NCBI GenBank assembly: GCA_964187785.1
Contig: OZ076409.1
Coordinates: 9,674,001-9,738,000, forward strand
DNA length: 64,000 bases
DNA from: Amphiscolops sp. MND2022
Lineage: Eukaryota
Reading direction: 5' to 3'
Below the pieces are notes generated by a model, which saw only the letters and a program-made list of their open reading frames with translations, was not told where the DNA came from and ran no database searches. Positions 23,401 to 38,400 of the stretch are shown here, in pieces. A program made the translations under genes and the position numbers. Position 1 is the stretch's first letter. Each line of letters starts with the position of its first letter.

Positions 23401-26400
23401 GATCCTTTAGTCTCGTCCGGGTTTGTATGTTACGTTAAAACGGGAAAAAATGAACAAGGGGACTCTTAGATGCAATAACTTAGATGCGTTTCCCAGGTAT
23501 TCGTTTAGTTGAACAAACTGAACAAAAATTTCGTCGCTTTCGATTCTGTCTTAGTGTAACGTCAAGCAAGTAACGCACATGCCAGAACTGGGACAATACT
23601 TAGGTTGTCTAGACAGGAGACCATAGTCCTATGACAAGCCTAAATACCAGTTTTTCGTCCCTAAAGGTCTCCTAGGGACTTTTCCAAAACACCGTGGAGA
23701 CTCCTCTTATTAGAGCTCCGTGGCGACGTGCCGGCACACTCAAAGTCCGGACACGTCCCACAAGCATGTAAAAACGTTCCTAAAGACTTCCTGCGGTCCT
23801 ACATACTCCCGAGGTCCGAAAACAGGGTTCTAGCTGAAATGCATTCTATTTCAGAAAATAACGTCTAAATACTCCATTACAAGGATCTGGAAGATCCGAC
23901 ATCATCATAAATCTGTAAATCAATACTAATGACATCAGAATTAATCAAGATTGGCACTTCTGGCATGTTTCTATTGAATTCGCGATTCTCTTCATCTTCT
24001 TCGCTGTGGGGTATCTTGATCTCAGAACGTTTTTGTAATAAAAACGCACTTTTAAGGGGAGATGAAACAAATCCGAGCATTTATATTGTTCTTCCACATT
24101 GTGTCAGTGTCTTTTCTTCTTTTTTGGGTCGGGGTGGGGTGTCGTCTGTCTTTTTTTGCTTCCTTTTTGGTTTCAACGACCTGCCAGGTCGGCCATTTTG
24201 ATTCGCACACTTTCTGGTCCTTGATCGAATTTTTCATCGAAAATTTGGTGCTGACTGGTGGACGTCACATAGGGAAATAAAAAGAGTGACTACCCAGTGT
24301 TCGAAGCCATGGAACCCTTGCCATGATCATGGTAAATCTTGCTAAATCATGGTTAATCATGGTATCCTTGTCAAGATCATGGCAAATCATGATACATGGA
24401 ACGCTTGTCAAGATCATGACAAGACCTTGGCAAGAATTGACAAGATAAATATGGTAAGACATGTAAGCTGGTATTAATTGTGCAAATTTTATTTCTTTTC
24501 GCAAAAATTCCTTGTCGTCTGCAATTTCTGAATTAGCCATTATAATAACTTCGGACATAAAATTTATTGATCGAAAATAGTATTTTAAGTGAAAATTATC
24601 CAAAACTTGCTAAATAATTTGCTGCACCTATTGACCGAGTTTTGTTAGTTGTGAGCACGGCATTGTTACTACTATCATGAATTATCATACAAATCAAACT
24701 CCGAATCAAGTTATTGCAACTTGCGGCTTTGCGATATCGGTGTAAAAACCAACTTTACTAGGTATGATTTGTTTACATCTATGCAAATCATGCTATTACC
24801 TTATCTATTGAGGTAACGGGTTCTTATTACTGATGTTCGAGAATGCAATAAAATCTCAAAATGGTCGGAGCAAAGATATTTTTGCTTTAATGTCTTGAGT
24901 ATCAATTTTTCTTCTCTTTAACCCTATACATGTCTATTTTTGGTCAGAATAAATTTTTAGATACTAGTTACAATTTGAAAATAAGAGCTCTGATGTCACA
25001 GCCCGCTCCCGGTCTGGCATGTGGTTGTCGACGACTGAAAATCGGAAGGTGACATGGAGGTAATCTGAGATTTCCAAAGTTTTACTTTAACTGGTAAATT
25101 CAAAACTAACTTAAAATAAACTGTGATTTAAAATGCAAAATATACGTCTACTCAACGGAACTTTCAAACGAAATTAGATACGAAGGACAAATGAGCTAAA
25201 ATGATTTTTCACGCATTTCCGGTAAGACGTTTCAGTCACATCAAAATAGTAACATTCGCCACCTGAAAACTAAATTAAAACACGTTTTAAAATAAAGAGA
25301 TCATAAGCCAATATAAATCAAAACATATCCAAAATCATCTCCAAAAAGAACATCAATCAGATCGAAAATAGAAAGTACATTGAGATGGCACGCCGAGGAA
25401 ATTAGGCCTTTTCTAAGAAAGGTAGCTTAATTGCACTTTGAACAGCAATTAGTGCGGTTTAGGACGACAATATTGCGTTAAGTAAACAAGGCGGCGGTAG
25501 AAATAAGGATACATGTACATTTGTCTTCAGTAAGACGCAAATAAGATTTGAAGGCATACGGATGTGACGTCACTGCCTCGTCTATGCGCACTAGAGAATC
25601 ATTCCAATTAACCGCCTATACTGAAGGCCTCATTAGAAATCATTCCAATTTTCCGCCAATATGACGTCACAGCGATGGTAGACAACTGATTTTTACTCCA
25701 AATTTACGTCCACGCTACGTCCTCTATACTGGTAGACTAAGGCTAATACTAATACCTACGTCCACGCTACGTCCAAAATCCATCAAAATATCCACTTTGA
25801 TGCATCTAGAATGATGAAACAAACGCTGTTTTATTGGTTTAGGCTTGGGAACGTCATGTAGTTATAGATTCAACAACGTCATGTAGTTATAGATTCAATA
25901 AATTAGGATAGGAGGAGAAGACATTCGAGGTAACGTCTAACTGTCGTCAAATAAATCTCCAACTTAGATATTATTATTAGGATTTAGTTTGAATGAAACT
26001 TTCCCACATCATTTAAGATAAAAGTCACAGTTTGTTCTAAAGAACAGTTCATGAAAGTGTATTTTGTAAAACTCAATGTAAACTCCTGGCGCTATTTCAT
26101 ACAAACAGACGTCGTCTTGGCGTCCCAAAGAAATTCAATGCTTCAATATTTGGAAAATGGAGCCATATTTTTATAATGGTGCACTTGTATCATTTTGATA
26201 TGCCCTTATCTAATGCTGTTCTCATTCTAACCAGGTGTATTATCGCTCGGAATTATTGTTTAGCGTTTTTGTTGAAGTTAACCAAATTTGACGCTATTAG
26301 TACGTTTGATCATGTTTGATCCTATTTAGAAATAGGGACTATGCGTGCTAATTTGTTTAATTAAATACAGCTAACGAAAGTTTTATTCTTTAACTCTCCT

Positions 26401-29400
26401 AGCCTCATCAAATTGCCTAAATCAGGATAATTAGTAATAAGTTCTCGAGGTGAAATTCAAAATCAGTTATTAGTTGTTCACGTCAGCGTCATCTCCGCGT
26501 CAATTTTCCTACGAACCAAAGCAGAAAAACAGGGAAACATTTCCGGTTTGACAGACTGACGTAATATCTACTTCCTGCTTGGGAGGAAGCAAAAGGACGC
26601 CGGAATGAAATGATATGATCATGGTTGATGACTAATACTAGATTAAAATTGCCGTGTCTCAAAATGTGACGAAATATCGTCGCAAATTTGGGATCATAAT
26701 GATTTTTTCACCGAGAAAACAGGAACTGACTAATTGTTTGAAGGAAATTAGGAATATAGTCGTGATCAAATGATGCCAGGAGGATATAAATACGGTGCCA
26801 TTTGATCAATAAGGGACTCAGTCTTTTCTAATTGTGAAAATTAGTTGTTCAATAACTTGTTCTCTTTTCTCAATCAACCCCATCCAACTTTGTTTAAAAA
26901 TACTCAGAAGATAAATTGAATTCATCTGAACCAAATATTTCTTCATCAAAATGCCAACTACAAGGAACCAAAAGAGAAGAATCAACCAACAAGAGGCAAT
27001 TGAAAGTGTAAGTGATGGTTTTGTTTCACCAGTTGTAGTAGAAAATTCCTGTCCTTTACACCAGGACGTAAGCGTTGCGGGCCCGTCTAAACCAAAATGT
27101 CCCAGGATTGAGGGTAGTTTCTTGCAAAGTTTAAGGGCTTTTTTTAAAAAAAAGATTACATCCGAAATCAAGAATCTCCTTGCAGAGTCTCAGAGAGAAA
27201 TGCTAAGGCTTCTAAAACGTGAAACAAGAGAAAACGTAAGAGAAAGCGTCGAAGAAGAAACGGAGAATGAAACGAGGAGTTTCTACACTCCTACGAAATC
27301 AGCTTGAATTAATTCTACCCAAAACAACGACCCGTGTAGTAGTCGTAACATTTGAATTTTCCAAAAGTTTTGCTAATGGTACCATGGTTAATCATGGTTA
27401 GCCTTTGCACGATCTTGCATGGCCATGGTATCTTTTCCAAGATCATGGCAAGATCATGGAAAGATCTTGGCACGGCTAGCAAGGAAATTGCCATGGATCT
27501 TTGCAAGGGTACCATTGCTTCGAACACTGGGTAATAGTCGGGCTCTTTTATCATATAAAAGCGCTGACTAAAAATGGCAGATTTGAAAGACGAGAAGTAT
27601 ACTACTAGAAACAGGCTAACCAATTCTTAAACGTCAAAACTGAAAACTTTGTTTCACGGTGATTGTATTGCGCTTGTGACTGGTTTTGAGACGTAATCGG
27701 CGCGCCAACTTGAAAAGTTTTCGTCTGGTTCATTATTAGTTTTGGTTTGACCTGATTTATTAAGGTCGAAATATGTCTAATGATTCAGATGCTGAGTATG
27801 GGTTGAGACTCCGATGCTGCTTATTTGGCTAAATTTAATTATAAATTTGAAATAGTTAAATGATTGTTAGAAATTCGATATGATCGTTCTTCAGTGTCGT
27901 CAGATTAGAGCATCGTACTATTTCTGTTACCAGGGGTGAGTAGGAATTATTTGTTTTAGGTGTTTCTACTTCGGTGAAAAATGATCAAAGTGAAAACTGG
28001 AGTTCACACGAAGATGAGCTCAAAAATCACCCAGGAAAACCGCAAAGTGAAGGCTTACAAGACAGGTTTTTTCCAGTATCTACAATATCTCGAATCGAAT
28101 TATAATTTCATGAAAAGTGAACCATTTATCTTGTATTCAATTGTGTCTTCAAAAATCAATAATCATTTAAAGAATGAATCTGAGATTCAAAAAATGGCAT
28201 TAAAAGCTCCTGAAACTTCACATAGGATTTTGAACAATTTTTGTGTACTGAAATGATCGCGAATTTTGATATCACAATACTTGTTTTCAAATCACTCCCT
28301 TTCTCTCAACAAAGAATTAACAAAACAACAATTTATCACATCTAGATAAGGGCCTACGCGAGCTAGGCAAGAGCATACCCAGGTGGACTCTTCGTGCAAG
28401 TCGTGTTACGGTCGTACTACAAATGCGGCACTATCGCGATAAAATTCCAGTTGCCACGATTTGAACTACTATTGGCGTGATGTCGTAAAGAGATTGTCCG
28501 GGTTTACTACGAAACGCATGATGGTACGACACATCATACCATGAAACACATGATTGGCACGCATACAGTGTCTGCAACACCATTGAAGATGTTTTACAAA
28601 TTCAATCCTCACTAGACCACACACCTATAAAATAGCATTATGGTGTGTAAACAAATCATTTAGAAAGTCTGGTCCGAGCAGCTGAAATTTTAAGTGCAAA
28701 GTTTGAAGCATTGAAGAGCTACAATGCTAGATCATTGCAAGTGACAACCCCGTACAGTAATGATATTTCTAAAAGCAACAAAAGGCAAGTCTCAAAATCG
28801 AATATCTCTAAAATAGCAGCGATTTCTAAAAAATGATAAACTGAAAGTTTCTTCGATTTTCATCTAGTTTACAAAAATGTTTATTTCAGGGGATGCAGGT
28901 CATTTCGCCTAATGCCATTTCGCCTAAAAATTTAGTTGAGTCATTTCGCCTAAGAAAATTAGGCGAAATGACCAAACGGGAATAACGTCTAAATAATCAT
29001 GTTTCGAAAAAGGCTTTCTGAAAGCGAAAATATCAAAATGTGGGGCATATGCGGTGTATGCACACTCGCCCTCACCGTCGCAAAGACCAGCTCCCACTAC
29101 GATCGCTTCGCGATCTCCGTTCCCGCTAGGTCTTTGCTCCTGTTCGACCTCGCTTAGCAAGATGGAACATAAGCGGCCCCAAGGGGCCGCGGGGCACTAG
29201 AAGGAATGGGACATATCCGAGGCACGTTTTCTATTTTATATCACTTTTTAGTTTTAGATCTTAAACGATTTATTTGTTTTCCAATTTCATGTGTTTTTCA
29301 CGTTTCTGAAAAAAAATTAGGCGAAGTGACCAAAGTAAAAGACGTTTCGCCTAAAAAAATTAGGCGAAGTGACCAAACACGTTAGGCGAAATGACTTTAG

Positions 29401-32400
29401 GCGAAATGGCATTAGGCGAAATGACCATTTCCCATTTCAGGATGATGCGATGAAAATTGTAGAAAATACGATGGGCCATTTTTAGCCAAATTTAGGTCAA
29501 AATTTAGGTTTTTCTCACCTTTGTTCACCTTTTGCTTGAAATTTTAGAGGAATTTTATGTCCAATCGACTGCCCTGATTTAACTGAAGCCCTTGATATGT
29601 TTCGATTTAGATCATCTTAAAATCGTAGAAAATGTGCTGTAAAATTAGACTTTTTCGGAAATACATGTATTAAAATATGATTTTGATGTTTATCAACTTA
29701 AAAGAAGCTCATACTTATGCAATTTAGAATACTTTCGAGAAAAAATTATATTGTCAGATTCGAAATGTTTGGGAGAATTTTTCTGTCAAAATTATTCTGA
29801 ATTGAAAAAATTGTAAGTGGGTCAAAAATTCAAAAAACTAAAAAAAATGATGTTTTGGAAAATGATGTTTTGGAAATCGATTTCGACCAATAAAAATAGC
29901 GTGCGAGACCATTTTGAGCCAATGATATTCGTTTATTTGCTTTCTTTCCGCGTGCTATGTTGCTTCTTCTAGAATCACTACTGTACTCTGAGGTACCAAA
30001 ATTTGAATCAAAATTTCAGATAAATTCACCTATTTTAGGGGTTTCGAGTGACTAAAATGATTTAGAATCAAATAATGTTATGCAGCAAGTCACTAGGGAC
30101 TCCATTGTGAAGTGAAGAGCGCATGTAAAAATGTAGTGAAATCAATAATTTGAGCAACATAAATGTGACGATTCAAAAATTACCATTAGAGAATTCTTCG
30201 AAAACATTCATTTCGTCGTCCGATGCGTATGTAATACGAATCGTAGTACGAGGTACCAGATTGATAGGAGCTTGCGACTATCTCACCACGATAGGCGTGA
30301 TAGTGCTGTGACTGTCAAAATAGGTTAGAAAAGATTACGTAAGAGCTTCAAAATCAATTATATTTGAAGCGAAAATATGAATTTATTATTTTCCGCCCAT
30401 ATTTCATATGGGAAAGGAAAATATTTAAATCAAACGGGTTTTTTTTTTTTTACAAAATTTGCCAAGATTTTATTTATATTTAAATTTAAGGGTGTTACCC
30501 ATAGAATTCAACCCACATAAATTTAGCTTCGTGCGATATGTATTTGTAGAGATTTTTGAAGTTTTTTTAAAAAATGACGAAAATGACGAAAATGACCCCT
30601 TAATGACAAAATGACCCCTTAATGACAAAATGACCCCGAAAATGACAAAAATTCCCAAATTTCTCATTTTTAAACATTTTTATGCAATTTTTGCCATTTT
30701 TTGAGACACCGCGAATTAGAAAAATGGACAAGATGAATCGAAGCTTTCTTTTCTTCGAACTTCTCGGCGTTTTTATAGTGCATTAGTTATTCTTGAGCCT
30801 CAAATTTATGTAGTTGTAGAACAGTTCGGGGCGGAAAATATCCCGCTCCTCAGCGGGCGTCTTGTTGTGGAATCAAATTGACAAAGTCAAAGACGCAAGT
30901 TTGAACAAGACGGAAACGTCTCAAGTTAGGGCTATACCTAAGGCTCAAAAACTCAAACGTTGTTTGAATTATGCTCAAAAAGTTCCGAAACACGGAAAAG
31001 ATACCTTTTGTGCTCGAAAAATGCTTCAGAATTTTCGGAAAGAGCAAGCTGGAACAAATGGGAGTGCTTGTTTCCGGATCTCCGCCTCTTCCTTGGTAAA
31101 CTCAATTAAATCAGGATATAACGCTTTACTTCAAACAATGCGTCAAAAATGTATTGAAAAAATTATTGGATATATACTGACAAAACCTGATACCAGACAA
31201 AAAATGAGAATTGTTGAGCAGTCTCAAAGTGCCGAAAAATGTGGAAAGGGGACCCTTTGGACTTTTTCAACATCTATTGCATTGTAAAATATCAAAAAAC
31301 GAGACCCTTTGGAGATATTGAAAAATTTTCAAAAAAAATGCCTCGCAATGCAGGAAAAACTGAGAGAGGGGGCTTTTAGTCTTGTCCGGTTTTGTATGTT
31401 ACGTTGAAAAAGTGAACAAAATGAAAGGGGGACAACTCGAATTTTTCTATTGCTAGTTTGTCCGCCAAAATTACCTGAATGCAGGAAATTTGGCAAAAGT
31501 TCGTGCTGAAAAGAGGCCTTCCATATCGTAAGACTGCACAAAAAGCAACAGCAATTAAATGAGCCTTGAATCTTGCAATTCACAAAATTTAAGAATTTTA
31601 TACGCTCCCAAATTTTTCAAAATTCAGCGTCTTCAAGAATCTGTTGATCAAATTTGATCAAAAATAAAGGCCCCTCAACTGATTTGGATCTTCGGATAAA
31701 TTATTCAACAGATTCCAACCCTAGTTGAGACTTCTGGAATTTTTTACATTTTTATTTGCGTCTAAAATTAGAACTGCTCCTTAATGAAACCTTCATAACA
31801 TCAAGATTTAAAATTGCCACCAAAACTTGATGAAATTTCCGACCGGTTTGATATAAGTCGAATAAACAGGAATTATTTTAAAATGGAAGTTTCTGTAAGA
31901 ATATTAGAGAATCATAATAAAAGTTGCTGGCAACGTTAAAGTGCATGCAAAAAATTTCAAGCAATTTCAACAAGGGAAGCGAGCTCCTTTGTTTATTCCA
32001 GGAATGTGACCCAAGACCTCCCAATATCAGTGCTAGTATTCCTAAATGGATTCTCGAAGTCGCAGCAACTGTCGGATTTTAATTTCAAAGGAAACATCAG
32101 AGATGAGTGTTCGTTTGACTTCGACTGTTTCTTCAGTCAGACTTCGCACTTCGATGACGTCACCGAAAACTACTCAGGTTGGTAATTCAAGTTTTGTCGC
32201 CACCGCCACATTTTAGCACCTAAAGAATGTTATGCAATTCAAAAATGTTGAAATGTTCATCACGACCATGTTTTTCACAACAACCCAACACCCCCCCCCC
32301 GCCGCCGCCCCCCGAACACGAAAACAACTTTTATTCTTGAAAAGATTTCTTGGGCCAATGAAAGAAATTGATATGGCTATAAAAACTTGAAACATTGTCT

Positions 32401-35400
32401 CTAGAGTTGTTTCGATACTAGCAGCAAAAAAGAATCTGTACTTTTTGATATTGTTCAAGCAAAAAGCAAAATTTACCGCTCGAACAAGCTAAAATAGCAT
32501 AGGAAAGCCCTTTTTAGCGCAAGTGGGTGGATAAGAAACATGATCCGGAATTGCAAAGCGCCGTAAATTTGTATGTATTCATTTCTCAAAAGAGCCTCAA
32601 GAGCCAAAATTGTTTCAATTTTATGGAAATTAAATAGGGCTTTTCGTTGCGAAATCAAGAAAAAATAAAAGTTTTAAACTTTTAGCTTTTTGGCAACTTT
32701 GGAAATTTGTGAAATATTTCATGCATTATCTGGCAAGCCACTGGCCATAGCCAAACGAGACGCCCGCTAAGCACCGGGATATTTTCCGCCTTCTTCGCAT
32801 TCACCAACTGAGCCATAGCTATTTTGGGAGGGACGAATAGGATTTAAAGTATAAGATTTAAAATTTAGTGATATTATTCCCGTCCTGAAACTTTAGATCT
32901 TATTCCCTTTAGATCTTATTCCCATTTTTACTTTAGATATTAATCCCCAATCTACTAGTGAGATGTCCGATGAGATGTCCGATTGCTATTTTTATTTTCC
33001 GCCCACATATAATGGGGGAGGAAAATCATGATCTGTGTTGCGTTTTTTCCCAAATTCTGCAAATCTCCTCCGAGGCTCCACTACTTGACTATTTTGTATA
33101 GCTACTTGACTATTTTAGTTAGTAGTAACTAAAATAGTCAATTAACGAAAACAGCTTACTAAGCTTACTAAAATAGTCAAGTAGCTATACAAAATAGTCA
33201 AGTAGTGGAGCCTCGGAGGAGATTTGCAGAATTTGGGAAAAAAACGCAACACAGATCATGATTTTCCTCCCCCATTATATGTGGCCGGAAAATAAAAATA
33301 GCAATCGGACATCTCATGTTTGGTCTATTTTTGAAAATACCCTCCTTGAGATTTAACAACGCAAAGTGATCACAAATTGCGGATACTTCAAGTTTCATCC
33401 TGTAAAAACATTGTTTTGTCGGATTTACAACTGTTTTTAGCTGATAAAGTTTCAAAACAATCATTTTCAGAAAATATGTAGCAGCGAAATGGTGAAGAAC
33501 AAAGTCAAAGCTAAGAAACAGAAAACGAAAAGTTTTACTTCAGACCAGTACTTTCCGAGATTACTTCCAGTTCGAAAAAATAATCACAACTTTTCAAATT
33601 TCAATAAAAAATCTCATCACATTTCAAAACAAAAGATACCGTTGTAATTCTGGTCAAAAAATGAGACATTTTGCACTTGAGATTTTTTGTAACACGCGAA
33701 TCACAAGGAAACTAGTTTTTTGGTTTTCAGCTTTTTGGTACCATAGTTTATATTGCAAAAATTCTTTTCCCTTGAAACAACAGGCCAAAAACGCTGGTAA
33801 TAAACTACGAACATTCTGCGTGTTCTTGTCACTAAATAACTTTTGAAATTGATCAATGTCAGTTGAAATATTTACATATTCGAAGTATCGATTATCACAT
33901 GGTCATATACTGTTTCAGCTGTCGTTTTTCGGAAACCAGCTGTATGGATCAAATCTTTCGAGCGAAGCGTTGCTAAAGGAAGTTTCTCCAGAAACCCCGA
34001 ACAAATTTGGATCATCGTTACAATGGAGACGGCCCTAAATTCTAACAAGGAACACCAGATCCCCAGAAACGAAATTTTAAAGGACGCATTTAATTGGTCA
34101 ATGACGTATTCAACAAAATCAACCATTTTTAGACCGTGGTTTTTTGTGAAAGAAATCAAGGAAGAGAAACCGTTTTGGGACGTGAAGCAATACATAAAAG
34201 GCATGAACAAATCAAAAGACTTTTGTTGGATTTTGAGCAACTGTTTCAGCGATTGGGCTAAAAGACGTGAATTGGGAAATGCATTGATTCCCCTTCTTCC
34301 CAGTAAATTGCACATCTGGGGAAAAGCATACGAGGTGAGGATGGGTTCTTTTCTGAACAAATGGGTTCAATGATTTGCTCGCTGTTTTTCTATGTATCAT
34401 TTTATTGTGTCCGTAACTATAGTATCTTTTGTTCCGGCTACTGCCGTTTGGCTGCTGAGTGGCTGCAAGAATGGTTTGGCTGCTGCTGTCAATTTATTTA
34501 TGGCCGCGTGCCCTTTGTGCAGTAGCATTATAATTGTTGCTCTGAGGTTTTTCGGGTTCAACTAATTCTCTCCAGCGGTTTGTCAGATTTTGTGTTTCTT
34601 GCGAAGGGTCTTCTCTTTCGATCTGTTCTACCCGTCGAATATCCATTATGGTTTCTTGATCAGTTTGCATGACGTTCAGTTTATTTTGATCGACTCTCTT
34701 TGAACGTGCTAGCAATGAACTGCGTTTGTTTGTTTTGCACTCTTTTGTCTTCGGTCCGTGCATAATGCTTGGCTCTGATTGGTTGATTTTTTGTTCACAC
34801 CGCTCGTTTTGGCGCTTCTAGTTTCTTTTGACTGACGACGTTGCTGTAATCGTTGATGAACTCAAACAAGGGTATTACGCAATTAATTACGTACTCTTTG
34901 TCGTAATTTTCGATCTGTTCTGGCTCTGATATTAGATTTCGGCTCGAGTAATCAGCGGTATATGTTTTCCTGCAATGAGTTTGATATTAATATCGAAAAG
35001 AGTCAAGCGTTTTAACCATCTTGTTATTTTTGCACTATATGTTCGGTTCGATCAGTTTCTGTTAATGAGTGGTTCCAACGCTTTGTGCTCTGTTATTAGT
35101 TTGTCTGGCTTTCCGTAAATGTATTATCAAAAGTGTTCCAGTCCCCAGGCTACAGCTAGTAGTTCCAGTTCGTTTATTTCAATTTACTTTTCTGTATCCG
35201 ATAAAATTTGCTTGCAACTCCGACTGGTTTTAAGTTTCCGTCTTTTTATTTTTGCCACATTGTTGCCCCAGTCCTTTTTTACTGGCGTCTGTGGTAATTT
35301 TGTTTTCGTTCTGTGCATTGTAATGAGCAAGGCAAGGTATTTTCGTAATACTTTCTTTTAGCTTGTTGAATGCATTCGCGTGTTCATCCGTCCATATCCA

Positions 35401-38400
35401 CTCGTTTTGTTTCTTCAGTAATTTCTTCAAAATGTGTGTGTTTGCTGACACGTTTTCATTGTATTTTGGTAGATACTTTATTGCTCCCAGAAAAGATTTT
35501 AGCTCTTCCTCGTTTTTTGGTATGTTGATGTTGGTGATTGCTTCTGATTTATCTTTTAATGGTCTGGTTCTTTGTTGATCTATTTTGTGTTCACCCAATC
35601 ATTTTCTTTTTTTAAAAAGCTCGCACTTCGCGGGGTTTGGTCTCAATCACGCTTGTTCCAGTTTTGTCATTGTTTCCCGTACTTCTGCTTCGTGTTTTTC
35701 CATTTTTCCATATTTCCTTAAATGACTCTTAATATGTCGTTCAGCCATGCCGGCTGTTTGTGTTCCAGTGTCGTGCCTATCCGTTCTTGGAACATTGTTA
35801 GATTATCCGCAAGTCCGTAGAAGCCTTTCAGGAAACGGTAATATCCTGTGAAGTCTCCTCCCGTGACTGTGAATATGCATAGATTCTTTGTACTTATGTC
35901 CAGTTTGATTTGTCCGTACGTGTGGTCGAAGTCAAGTTTTGTTGCTAAAATTTTTCTGTATATTCCTTGTGATATTTTTCTTGAACTTCGTGATATCAAT
36001 TCCCCCATGTTTGGCATTTGTGCTTTTCTTTTTTTTGTCACTTCGTTTAGTTTCCTAGAATCGAGGGCAAATTTTACCGATTTGTCTTTTTTCACCGTTA
36101 TCACTGCAGGGCTCACAAAGCAATTTTTCTGTAATTTCTGTTGCATTTTCTACATACCCGTGTTTTTTTAGTCGTTACAGTTCTTGTGCCACTTGCTCTT
36201 GAAGGTGTATTGGGATTGCTTGCCCTTTTTGTTGTTATATTTGTGCCCCGGCTTTCAGACTTATTTTATTCAAGAGATTTTTTGTCTCTTCGTTGTTGTA
36301 GAAAAAATTTTTGAAATCGTATCGGAATTCAGTTATTCTTCTTTCCGTATTGTCCAGATTCATGTTGTGGATTTGAATTGCATCGTTATTTGAACTCAAA
36401 TTTATTTTCAGTCGTTGCATCCAATCCAATCCCATTAATGGTGCCATTTGTGCTTCTGTGACTAGCAGCGGTAATTCGAATATTTCTTTGTTTGTTTTCA
36501 CCGTTGCTTTCGTCTGTCCCGTGAAATTAGTCTTTTGATTCTTCATGTCTTCATAAGTGGTCTTGAGTCGTTCCTATGGAGTTATTTTGTTGAATAGGCA
36601 TTCCGGAATAAGTGTTACTGGTGAGCTGCTGTCGATGATGATTTTGATTTGTACGTTGTTAACCAATAGTGTGGCGTTGTGAAAGCCTTTCTTTTGTGTC
36701 GTGTTGTTTTTTTTATGGATTCTATGGTGTTCCCAATAGTCTCCTTCTGCTGATGAAGTTGTTCTGTCCACGTATTGTACACGTATTGTTGATTTGCACA
36801 TCTTTTCGTAGTGGCCTCTTGTTTTACAATTTCTGCACTCTGCCATTTTAGCTGGGCATACGTGTTGTCTCGACCAACTTGGTGCCCCGCACAGTCCACA
36901 TCGGTCTCTCTGTTCTTGTTTTTGGTATTCCAGTCTTTTCTTTGTACTGTTCGTATCGGATTTGTCCGTCCATTTTCGTTTGTGTGGTCTTTCTTGTACG
37001 TGTTTGATTTCTTTTCCGTCATTTGAATTGTTTGAATAGTTTTTTTGGTCGTACATTTGTTCGTGTCTCTAGGCAGTAATTGTTTCAATAGTCATGTCAT
37101 TTTTCCGAATCTTTTTCTTTAATTCGTAACCGACTGGTGATCTACCGATTACAGATAGGAACTTTGATGCTATTAATTCTGCCGGTGTTACATTTTCGAA
37201 TTCGCAGTTCTTTTCCAACTGTGGGATCCTTGTCCAGACATCTTCGGCCGCTTCGAGTTTATCCCGCGTTTCTCCAAAGCAATCCGCCCTGCTATGGAAT
37301 TTGTTTCGTGCCGCCATGAAGTGTAACCGGAACAGCTAATATAGTTGGTGTAAGTCCCCTTCATTTCGGTCGTTATCTCTAACGTTTCTTGTCGTTTCCG
37401 GTACCGCTAAATCGCCCAGTGCCCAGATAAATAGATCTTTGATCCGGTGTTCCAGGTCGTCACTGTAGTTTTGTAATCTTTCGCGGTCTGTTTTGTTGAT
37501 ATCGATATTTTGAGTCATAGTGATATACTGTGTGAATCGTCTCCACCATAACTCCGCCTCTTGTATTCCGCGTTTTTCAAATGTTGGTAGTGTATTTTTT
37601 GGAGGGTTTTCTCGGTTTTTGAATTCGCTCTTTCGGAGATTTCTCCGCTTGAAGAGCTTGCGCTCTCCGATGATTCCTGGTTTTCTATCTTAATTACTGT
37701 GCCATGTTGTATCTCACGAATAAAGTATGAAAATAGTTTAATACTGAAGCTTCTATTCTGTACTGTGAGTGATAATAAAAGTTCAGTGAAATGGTTAGCA
37801 CGTATGTTAGTTGGTGATACTATTGACTGGTACTAAAATGTCAGTACTACAATTAATAGTACATATGCAATTAAGTACAAAATATGACGTCATATCACAA
37901 CCAATAATTTTTTGAAAAATGAGTGAAACTATCAGAACAGAAAGCCTTAAAACCAACCCAGAAACCTTCATTTTTGAAGTTTCATTCACGATATACGACA
38001 GTTTTAAAGTTACAGGAACAAACTCTGTTCACACTAATTTCCCATGAAGTCACGCGTTCTTGATTAGGAAATTGACAGCTCATTTTTTGAGTCACAGAAA
38101 ACGGTTAACTTGAACATATTTTATAATTACAGTCAAAATGGTAAAAAAAAGGTTCAAACGAAAAACTATTGCATTAGAACTCAGCTTAATTTCCTATTAT
38201 TGAAAATATATCACTTTTAATCAGGCCAATTTCAGTTTTATTTTAATTTTCATGAAAATTTCGATAGTGGTGGCAGAAACGTGCCAAAGGATGTACAAAA
38301 AGCATTCAAAAGCTACCCAGTTTTTCGATCTTTGCGAATCTGTGCAGATCTGCAGGGTTCTGCAAAGATCGTTGCACTGAATCTTGAAGAGCCATACAGA

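Noticed and set aside
33872..34360. 162-aa minus-strand ORF
   Set aside because: Antisense to fucosyltransferase exon 4
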